32,000 nucleotides of DNA from an uncultured Balneolaceae bacterium (GTDB lineage Bacteria > Bacteroidota > Rhodothermia > Balneolales > Balneolaceae), in the NCBI GenBank assembly GCA_964007875.1, contig CAXGAH010000011.1:25495-57494 (forward strand), read 5' to 3'. Position numbers and translations under genes: made by a program. The notes beneath the pieces are model-generated. The model did no database searches. It was not told the origin of the DNA and worked only from the letters and a program-made list of their open reading frames with translations. Below are positions 9,162 through 16,084 of the stretch, in pieces (within the stretch, counting starts at the first letter, position 1; each line of letters starts with the position of its first letter).

Positions 9162-9824
9162 ATGACCAAACAAATATTGGTCATGAACAACTTTCCCCTT
9201 GTAGAAATGCTCGCTTTTTTCCCCCGCTATTCAGAGGTGTACACTTTTGATTGGAGGCTGCGCTATGTGCGGCAGGTACGTCATATTAGATCCTGTCACA
9301 CTAAGACGCTAGGAGGGGTGCAATATTCATTTTTTAGTATTATGACTCAGCAGGGCGAAGCTATGGATGTACGCTTTAATCACGATGAATTACTTTGGGA
9401 CATTGTAGCGCTGCCTGGATCCGAGTTAGCTATACATAGCGAAGATGGTTCGCATTTTGTTATTGACCGAATATTGGTGCACCAACAGCGGCATAAGCAT
9501 CAGCCTTCTCTGGCTCATCGTATGCGCCCTATCCGTTTTGAGTGGCTTCCTTACGCCCGATGCGCGAGGAAGAGCCCTATTGAACATGCCAAAGTAGACC
9601 GCATGCATCCGTATCGTTTTTTGAAAGGAAAAAATAGCTCCTATCAGGTTCATAGGATAGAAACGCGTCATCTAGAAGATGTTATGGTCACCCGGCATTT
9701 TCATTATGTTGTTGAGGATACCGAGCGGAGGTTCTATCATGTAGTATACATATTGGATCAGGGAGATTGGCGGTTTATACAAGAAGTAGATGAACAGTTC
9801 TTATTTCACCGGTCTACTCCTTGA
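9162..9824 (+). CDS. hypothetical protein (His/Arg-rich, no family recognised)
   Basis: A 220-codon stop-free ORF in an AT-leaning genome is very unlikely by chance. It has no recognisable motif, signal peptide, TM segment or Shine-Dalgarno. It diverges from the Y-family polymerase across only 46 bp. Confidence 0.5.
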   Translation: MTKQILVMNNFPLVEMLAFFPRYSEVYTFDWRLRYVRQVRHIRSCHTKTLGGVQYSFFSIMTQQGEAMDVRFNHDELLWDIVALPGSELAIHSEDGSHFVIDRILVHQQRHKHQPSLAHRMRPIRFEWLPYARCARKSPIEHAKVDRMHPYRFLKGKNSSYQVHRIETRHLEDVMVTRHFHYVVEDTERRFYHVVYILDQGDWRFIQEVDEQFLFHRSTP

Positions 9825-9844
9825 AAGCGGGCCAAATAGTATGA

Positions 9845-10561
9845 TTAGAATAACCGTAATTTGGCTTCGATAAGATGAGGCCCGTTGTTACGTACGTTCC
9901 CAACAGCAGCAGGAACGATATGGCTTTTAAGTCCATCATCGGGGTAGGGGTCCAATAGGTAGTTCAAATCTTCTATACCCAATTGTGGATTTAACCAATG
10001 AGTCCATTCAGATGAATGCAAAAAAATAGGCATACGGTCATGAATGTCTTGCATGGTTGCATTGGGTCGAGTGGTCAAAATAGAAAACGAGTAAAGAGAG
10101 TCCAGTGGGCTTAAGGGAGAATAAAAGCCTGCTGCAAAAAGAATAGAGTTATTGACCGCTTGTATATAATGAGGAGTTTTATTCCCTTTTGTGCCTGACC
10201 ATTCAAAAAATCCGTTCATTGGGACAAGGCATCGCTGCGTAGATACGGATCGCCACATGAGTTTTTCGACTATCTGTTCGGATCGAGTGTTAATGGGTAG
10301 TAGGGGGCGGCTTCTTGCCTTCGGTTTCCACCCCATAAATCCCCAATACATGGGTGTCCGTATTAATTGGGGAGTATCGGTGGTGGCTTGAAAGATGACC
10401 GGTACGATATGGCTGGGCGCTATATTATAAGAAGGTAGTTTATGAGCGATTTTCTGTAGATTCTGTTCTCCAAAAATTCCATCTATTTCGTTTGGCAGCG
10501 AAGATCCGATCAGTGTATCTATGGTACTAAGGTCACTAAAAAGAGTGTATCGTCCACACAT
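9845..10561 (-). CDS. SOS-response-associated peptidase (SRAP/YedK family, abasic-site DNA-protein crosslinking)
   Basis: The N-terminus is MCGRY..., with the invariant Cys2 nucleophile, which requires the ATG at 10559-10561 rather than the TTG one codon upstream used by the track. Further family-like segments are NIAPS, VPMNGFFEW and HDRMPIFL. Confidence 0.85.
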   Translation of the reverse strand: MCGRYTLFSDLSTIDTLIGSSLPNEIDGIFGEQNLQKIAHKLPSYNIAPSHIVPVIFQATTDTPQLIRTPMYWGFMGWKPKARSRPLLPINTRSEQIVEKLMWRSVSTQRCLVPMNGFFEWSGTKGNKTPHYIQAVNNSILFAAGFYSPLSPLDSLYSFSILTTRPNATMQDIHDRMPIFLHSSEWTHWLNPQLGIEDLNYLLDPYPDDGLKSHIVPAAVGNVRNNGPHLIEAKLRLF

Positions 10562-10578
10562 CAAATAGAAAACGCCGT

Positions 10579-11241
10579 TTAATAAAAAATGCGAAGTACA
10601 ATCCGTCTATTTTTTGCACGGTTTTCTATAATATCTTGACCAAATTCGTCAATATGGGGTGCAGTAGGTAAGGGTTGTGTGTCTGCATATCCTGATGCTT
10701 TCAGATTGGAGGCTTGGTATCCTTGACTAACAAGAAATTTAACTACCTCAGAGGCTCTTGCAACAGAAAGTTCCCAGTTAGAAGGAAACCTTAACGTATT
10801 AATAGGAACATTATCAGTATGCCCTTCGATATCTACTTTAAAATTGTAAAATGATAATCCATTTAGAGCATCAGATACTTTACTAATAATACTCTCACCT
10901 GAGGGTAATAATTCGGCACCACCTGAGATATAAAGTGAACTACTATTAAATGTCATCACAATTTCTTTGGTAGTCAAATCAATATTAACTAAGCCTTGGT
11001 TACGTTCGGTAGTTAAAACAGAATCTAGATCAGCTTTAATTTCTGCCAACGGAGTTTTCTGTATTTCTGTACCCGTTACCTCTGAACGCATTCCTTCTTT
11101 CATTTGATCCCAAAGAGCTTGATCAGGGGTACTTGAAGCAATTAGAATAGCAAAAAAAGCAAGCAGTAATGTAATCATATCACTGTAGGTAAGAAGATAT
11201 TCAAGATCTTCTTCTGCTTCTTCCATTTCATTAGCGCTCAT
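10579..11241 (-). CDS. motB: MotB/PomB-like stator subunit (OmpA-like peptidoglycan-binding C-terminus)
   Basis: LLTYSDMITLLLAFFAIL is a single TM carrying the conserved channel Asp, as in the MotB TYADLMTLL motif. The C-terminal OmpA-like module reads IEGHTDNVPI...FPSNWELSVARASEVVKFL...ASGYADTQP...NRAKNRRIVL. Confidence 0.8.
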   Translation of the reverse strand: MSANEMEEAEEDLEYLLTYSDMITLLLAFFAILIASSTPDQALWDQMKEGMRSEVTGTEIQKTPLAEIKADLDSVLTTERNQGLVNIDLTTKEIVMTFNSSSLYISGGAELLPSGESIISKVSDALNGLSFYNFKVDIEGHTDNVPINTLRFPSNWELSVARASEVVKFLVSQGYQASNLKASGYADTQPLPTAPHIDEFGQDIIENRAKNRRIVLRIFY

Positions 11242-11277
11242 AACAAACTTATTTAAATTATTGTACTATCGAAATAG

Positions 11278-12099
11278 TTAGTCATCCTTATCTTTACTTT
11301 TGCTGCCTTTCTTTTTGAAGTCTCGCTGTAAAAAAGTACTAAGTTTATCCTGAATAAAGAATGCAGTTTTCTTTTCATTAATTAAAATGATTCCTTCGAG
11401 CATGAAAGTCTCTCTAAAACGATTTATAGAAGCTGAATTTTTAATTTTCTCAGCAACAGGATAAAAAATGAATCGAGAGAGTACAATTCCATATAATGTA
11501 GTCATTAAAGCAGCTGCCAGTCCAGGCCCCATGGCAGTAGGGTCGTCCAAATTACTAAGCATATCAATTAATCCAAATAATGTACCGAACATACCAAATG
11601 CAGGTGCCGCTCCACCCATCGCGCGAAGGACATCAACAACGACCATTTGCCTAAAAAAGCCTTCTTGGATATGGTTAGTTCCGAATTGACGAATGTCGTC
11701 ACTTGAATAATTGGTACTTAAAAGAGAAAAAAGATATCCTTCTAAATATCCACCTCGTTCTTCTTCTAATCTATCTAATGCATTAACTCTATCTTTTCTG
11801 ATTTCATCATTCCATTCAACGATTGCTTCAAAATCTTTTTGCAGCGATTTTTTGTTCGCACCTGCTTGACTAAAAAAGTATCTCACTCCCGCTAAAGCAC
11901 TATTTACATACCTTGATTGAAACGTAATATAAGAGGCCATAAGAACTCCACCTACTACAATAACCATACTAGGTATATTCATAAATTGGGTGTTAATACC
12001 TACAGTAAATGTTGTGGTTTTAATTGTCTCCAATACACCAAAAATTATCATTGCTAAACTAATGACTGTACCGATCATTGAGCCAATTGAAAATTTCAT
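11278..12099 (-). CDS. motA: MotA/PomA-like stator subunit (four-TM MotA/TolQ/ExbB proton-channel family)
   Basis: Two N-terminal TMs are followed by a cytoplasmic loop of about 95 aa, then TM3 (AAPAFGMFGTLFGLIDML, with the conserved Pro) and TM4 (LAAALMTTLYGIVLSRFIFYPV, with YG...P). The four-TM layout is MotA-type, not TolQ/ExbB-type (three TMs). GAGGA lies about 10 nt upstream of the ATG. Confidence 0.8.
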   Translation of the reverse strand: MKFSIGSMIGTVISLAMIIFGVLETIKTTTFTVGINTQFMNIPSMVIVVGGVLMASYITFQSRYVNSALAGVRYFFSQAGANKKSLQKDFEAIVEWNDEIRKDRVNALDRLEEERGGYLEGYLFSLLSTNYSSDDIRQFGTNHIQEGFFRQMVVVDVLRAMGGAAPAFGMFGTLFGLIDMLSNLDDPTAMGPGLAAALMTTLYGIVLSRFIFYPVAEKIKNSASINRFRETFMLEGIILINEKKTAFFIQDKLSTFLQRDFKKKGSKSKDKDD

Positions 12100-12102
12100 T
12101 TG

Positions 12103-12750
12103 TTACTGTCCTCTGCGTATTTCTTGTATTAAAGTTTCTAATTCTGGAATGCTAGGAATGGGAATATTTGGATCCATTTGGACTGCTCGATTCCAATTGG
12201 CACGTGCTGCTGTGATATTTTCTAACATAAAAAAGACCGTTCCTTTTAAGGCATAAGCGTCTGCAGTATCTTGAATTTCAAGGGTCTTGTCAATAAATTC
12301 TAAAGACTCTCGGTATTCTCCAAGATAAAATAAATCTTGAGCTTTCCGAAAGTTAGTAAGTAGAGATTGTATATCTCTGGCTCTGTTTTGTACTAGACTG
12401 GAGTCGATTACTATAATGGAATCTTTATCAACTGGTCGTATGCCCCGTAAATCCAAATAAAATTGTTCTTTAGATGGATCTAGTTTAATCTGGATATTTG
12501 AACTCTCATTTAAATAATTGACGGTAATTACTTCATTTAGAGGACTAGCATCGGTTGTGTTTACCGTATTGCGTTGAGTGTTGGTATTTACCGTACGCCG
12601 ACTAGTATCTTCCAATTGTGAAGAGGTATTACTTTGAACCGGCTCAGTGGTCGCGCAGCTCAATGTAAATGTAATTATGAAAGCTACCAAAAATGCTGTG
12701 AGCGTAGTTTTAGTTATAAGTACAATATGTTTAAAATCGTAAGACTGCAT
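12103..12750 (-). CDS. probable lipoprotein with C-terminal TPR-like repeats
   Basis: A hydrophobic leader ends ...ITFTLSCATTEP (lipobox-like LSC). A low-complexity T/N/S-rich linker follows. The C-terminal half has TPR-like helices (AQDLFYLGEYRESLEFIDKTLEIQDTADAYALKGTVFFMLENITAARANWNRAVQMDPN). Its start overlaps the upstream gene by 20 nt. Confidence 0.6.
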   Translation of the reverse strand: MQSYDFKHIVLITKTTLTAFLVAFIITFTLSCATTEPVQSNTSSQLEDTSRRTVNTNTQRNTVNTTDASPLNEVITVNYLNESSNIQIKLDPSKEQFYLDLRGIRPVDKDSIIVIDSSLVQNRARDIQSLLTNFRKAQDLFYLGEYRESLEFIDKTLEIQDTADAYALKGTVFFMLENITAARANWNRAVQMDPNIPIPSIPELETLIQEIRRGQ

Positions 12751-13894
12751 GGAATCCGATTCCAGTTTGTTTATAAGTTATACGGTCTTTGTTTGGTAAT
12801 TTGATAGATTCACCAGCGAGCATTAGATTCCCAAATACCGAAAGCCCAATATTTTTACTCAGATTAAATTGCACTCCAGGTTCTAACATAAACATTTCAC
12901 CATCCTTGTTACCAAGAGGAAATTGCATATTTAGTTTGGAGTAGAATACTACTCGATATTCATCTATATCAGGATTCTTTTCTGATAAGGCTTGGTAATA
13001 AACTAAACCCAAATCAAAAAGTGATATATCGAATAAAGTTATATCTCTATTTCGAGATCTAATAATATGATAACCTGCTGTAAAACCAATATAAGAACTA
13101 TTCTCTAAATCTAAAGGCTGTCTGTAAGAAAACGTTAAACTGAAATCTGTGAGAGCTTGTCGTAATAATGTATCGGCTTGATGTGAAAATGTAGTTGATG
13201 TGGAATCAGTGCCTGCGCCGGTACTATCATTACTTGATGTTGTAGTCGAATATTGATTCCTATACCAGCTATCGGAGGATCTAGTAGTGATTCCAAAACT
13301 GACTAATTTTTGTGAACCTTGATTCAATGTAGGTAAAACTATAGGTGGATTTGATATAAATGAGTTACTCCATACTACTTCACGTGATTGAGGGTTCATA
13401 ACACGAATTCCAATGACAAGTCCCTCTGGTTCTCTCCTTTGCAAACTTAATTCTACTAAACCTTGGACACCATATTTATAAGAAATTTCTTCTAACATAT
13501 CAGGTGATACATCTGCTAAGGATCTTCCTTGCATATTTAAAATCTGTAGTGTTGAATCGTTTCCTATAATCTTGAGTTTGTCATTTGGTTCTAGTTCTGG
13601 TGGTGATAATACAGTAAGTCCAGCATATTGACGCATTGAATATTCGATCTCAGCCCTTAGATATTCTACTTCTTCATTTGTAAACCTTAGAGCGGAATAA
13701 TTTATTTTATAAATCGCTATACGACGAACATTAACAGGAAAATCAGCTAAATTTGGATGTAACTGTTCTTGGATTTTTTCAATCATATATGGGTCACCTT
13801 GCTGATGAGTGAAAGTCTGAGCAGAGACATGAACTGTATTTAGTAACCCTCCAAAAGTTAGAACCAATAGTAGATTGAATGATCTTTTCATCAT
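12731..13894 (-). CDS. signal-peptide outer-membrane protein: N-terminal soluble domain plus C-terminal beta-barrel
   Basis: The leader MMKRSFNLLLVLTFGGLLNTVHVSAQ looks cleavable. The C-terminal half has alternating beta-strand patterns (FSLTFSYRQPL, YIGFTAGYHII, FDLGLVYYQAL, VVFYSKLNMQF, MFMLEPGVQFNL, IGLSVFGNLML) and ends GIGFHAVLRF with a terminal Phe, the OM insertion signature. The ATG directly abuts the stop of the upstream gene (TAGATGATG). Confidence 0.6.
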   Translation of the reverse strand: MMKRSFNLLLVLTFGGLLNTVHVSAQTFTHQQGDPYMIEKIQEQLHPNLADFPVNVRRIAIYKINYSALRFTNEEVEYLRAEIEYSMRQYAGLTVLSPPELEPNDKLKIIGNDSTLQILNMQGRSLADVSPDMLEEISYKYGVQGLVELSLQRREPEGLVIGIRVMNPQSREVVWSNSFISNPPIVLPTLNQGSQKLVSFGITTRSSDSWYRNQYSTTTSSNDSTGAGTDSTSTTFSHQADTLLRQALTDFSLTFSYRQPLDLENSSYIGFTAGYHIIRSRNRDITLFDISLFDLGLVYYQALSEKNPDIDEYRVVFYSKLNMQFPLGNKDGEMFMLEPGVQFNLSKNIGLSVFGNLMLAGESIKLPNKDRITYKQTGIGFHAVLRF

Positions 13895-15823
13895 CTATGC
13901 TTCTGTTTTCATTTTACGACGTACTGCGTAAAGAATGGTTTTTTGAGCGTCCTCTACTTCTGAATTAGTAGCTTCAGAAGGCATTTCTATTTCACTTAAA
14001 ATAAGCTGCTGATCTCGTTTAGTACGAGACTTAAGTACTTTTTCTCTGACAGCAGCTGGTGCAGTGCGTAAAGCTAAAATAAGTGTTTCAGAAGGTATTT
14101 CGTCAAGTGCTGATTTTATTAATTCAATTTTTACTTTTGGTAAATCATCAAATCCGATAAAATATTTTTTGATTTTTTTCGCCAATTCTAAATCTTGTTC
14201 TGCAATTGAAGCAACATATGCATCTTGTTCAGAAAGTGGCATAGTTTCAATTGTATTTAATATAGTTTCTACACCATCTGCTGCAACATATTTCATGTCA
14301 GAGATTGCTAAAGCTTTAGTAGAAAAATGAGAGGCAACTTTTTTATAGACGGAAATAGGTATATTATTGATTTTTCCCATTTTAAGGAGAACAGATATAC
14401 GTTTGTTTTCATCCATTTTTTGTAAAACAATACCAGCTCTCTCGCCAGCAACTTGTGCTAATAAAATAGAAATCATTTCATTTGACTCGTCTTTCATTAG
14501 ATGTAGAATTTGTTGATCTGTTAATTGATCAACAAATTCAAACATACTAGTTTCTTTATCTTCTGACTCTTTTGGGGTTTTGTATGTTGTAATACTGCTG
14601 CGCAGGTTCTCTGTCTCATTTATTCTTTCTTCGAGAGTAAGGCTACCAGAATTATCAATGCCATAATTAATTATTTCATAAATATTGGAACTCATATAAG
14701 GCTTTAAAATATTAATGAGTTTCTCATCTACACTAATAAGACTTTTTACCACTTTAGTTGTACCCTGTTCTTCATCATTCGCAATCCATTCACTAAACAT
14801 GCTTGAGATAATTTTTGGCTTACTAATGCACATATTTGCAATGAATGTTTTATCTCCTTCAAATTTCGCCATTTCTTTAACAGTAGGACCTTTGCGCGAC
14901 TGTTCTTCATTTATTTCTGTGGTAATCGATTGAGGTATGTTTAAAATAGTTTTAGATTGTTCTCTATTTTGTATAGCTTCGTCATCCTTTTTAGTTTTCG
15001 GCTTTCTTGAGACAGCAAATATTAAAGCCGCAATAAATAATATTGCTAATGCGAGAATAATGTATAATAGGTGCTCTGGGTTGTTCCAGTCAATTCCTAA
15101 AAATAGTTTCTGTTCTCTTTCTTCTACTAGGGTTTGGAAAACAGTATCAGGTAAAACAGGTGAAATATTATTAACTATATTTTCTTCTTGGTCTTCATTA
15201 GGTTGTTCTTGTGTATTATTGACGATATTAGTACTGTCTAGCAATGTTGCAGGACTAGGTGCGTAAGGCTTTTTAATGTCTTGTTCGAAAGCACGACTAT
15301 TTCGGGGAAATACTTTTTTACTGACCGTTACAATATCACCCCGAAATTCATCTGCATTGGCAATTAACGAGGCGGCTTCTTCTACAAAATCTACATCTTC
15401 GTCACTGTATGAAGTATCTACTAGTACCTTAATGTTAAGTCTAGTGAGTTGAAAACGTGCATCAAATCCAGACGCCTTGATACTGTCCTGCCCAGTAGGC
15501 CTGTTTGATTGTAGATTAGGTGGTATAAAAGGGAGCCCAGGGAGATTTTCAATTTTAATGTCTTCTTGTGGTTGAACGACTTGGTAGCCTTTAGGGACTA
15601 AAATGCGCTCTAATGTGGCCTTAACATCTACAATAAATGTTCCCTCCCGGTAGTAATCTGAGAGTGCGTTATCTAAAACAACTTCATAATATCGTTCGTA
15701 TTTAGCTGCTTCTTCCTGTACATCTGCAGACGAATTCTGTCCGGGCACTATTTGCCCGGTTACGATCATACTCTGAAGCGCAATAATGCTTGTAAGAGCA
15801 AGAATTTTTAGGTTTCCTGCCAT
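13895..15823 (-). CDS. membrane protein with FliF-like topology fused to a full-length FliG-like cytoplasmic module
   Basis: aa 1-25 are hydrophobic (a signal or TM1). aa 26-250 are periplasmic with alpha/beta segments (FIVDVKATLERILVP, RLNIKVLVDTSY, DIVTVSKKVF). The TM is at aa 251-271 (LLYIILALAILFIAALIFAV), followed by SRKPKTKKDD (positive-inside). aa 315-642, about the length of FliG, align by eye to E. coli FliG. The middle domain (ESNEMISILLAQVAGERAGIVLQKMDENKRISVLLKM) aligns with [37 protein letters not shown]. The C-domain (YFIGFDDLPKVKIELIKSALDEIPSETLILALRTAPAAVREKVLKSRTKRDQQ...SEVEDAQKTILYAVRR) aligns with MFVFENLVDVDDRSIQRLLQEVDSESLLIALKGAEPPLREKFLRNMSQRAAD...SQVENEQKAILLIVRR. GGAGG lies 7-8 nt upstream of the ATG. 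Confidence 0.7.
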   Translation of the reverse strand: MAGNLKILALTSIIALQSMIVTGQIVPGQNSSADVQEEAAKYERYYEVVLDNALSDYYREGTFIVDVKATLERILVPKGYQVVQPQEDIKIENLPGLPFIPPNLQSNRPTGQDSIKASGFDARFQLTRLNIKVLVDTSYSDEDVDFVEEAASLIANADEFRGDIVTVSKKVFPRNSRAFEQDIKKPYAPSPATLLDSTNIVNNTQEQPNEDQEENIVNNISPVLPDTVFQTLVEEREQKLFLGIDWNNPEHLLYIILALAILFIAALIFAVSRKPKTKKDDEAIQNREQSKTILNIPQSITTEINEEQSRKGPTVKEMAKFEGDKTFIANMCISKPKIISSMFSEWIANDEEQGTTKVVKSLISVDEKLINILKPYMSSNIYEIINYGIDNSGSLTLEERINETENLRSSITTYKTPKESEDKETSMFEFVDQLTDQQILHLMKDESNEMISILLAQVAGERAGIVLQKMDENKRISVLLKMGKINNIPISVYKKVASHFSTKALAISDMKYVAADGVETILNTIETMPLSEQDAYVASIAEQDLELAKKIKKYFIGFDDLPKVKIELIKSALDEIPSETLILALRTAPAAVREKVLKSRTKRDQQLILSEIEMPSEATNSEVEDAQKTILYAVRRKMKTEA

Positions 15824-15909
15824 AATTTAACCTCCGCAGAAGGTATTTTTATTTTAGCTTAAACGTAAATGATATTAACCACCTCGTAAAGTATGGGAAA
15901 TTTTTTGTG

Positions 15910-15918
15910 TTTTCCACA
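15910..15918 (+). promoter_or_regulatory. DnaA-box-like 9-mer TTTTCCACA (fits TTWTNCACA)
   Basis: This is a direct sequence match in the AT-rich region upstream of the motor operon. It has the same orientation as the box at 16030. Function is untested. Confidence 0.25.
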
Positions 15919-16029
15919 CTTTTACTTAAAATAAGTAGAATATTAATCTAATGATAATAATATTGATTTTTATTGGTAATTAGATGTTTAGGATAGAATA
16001 AGTTTCTTATAACATGATTTTGTATAAAC

Positions 16030-16038
16030 TTATCCACA
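16030..16038 (+). promoter_or_regulatory. perfect consensus DnaA box TTATCCACA
   Basis: It is an exact match to the E. coli-type DnaA box consensus, 120 bp from the related 9-mer at 15910. One perfect box in 32 kb is not very improbable by chance, so function is uncertain. Confidence 0.3.
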
Positions 16039-16084
16039 CTGCGAACTACGTAAAAACACTTAGTTTGTACGTATGCTGAATTGC

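Noticed and set aside
14064-15266. Plus-strand ORFs (88, 72 and 109 aa) inside the FliG-like gene
   Set aside because: They are antisense shadows. The minus-strand frame has domain-level similarity and a proper SD and start.
15824-16084. Calling this region the chromosomal origin (oriC)
   Set aside because: Only two DnaA-box-like 9-mers were found, there is no dnaA, dnaN or other origin-linked gene nearby, and skew cannot be assessed from one window. It is kept only as a lower-confidence finding.
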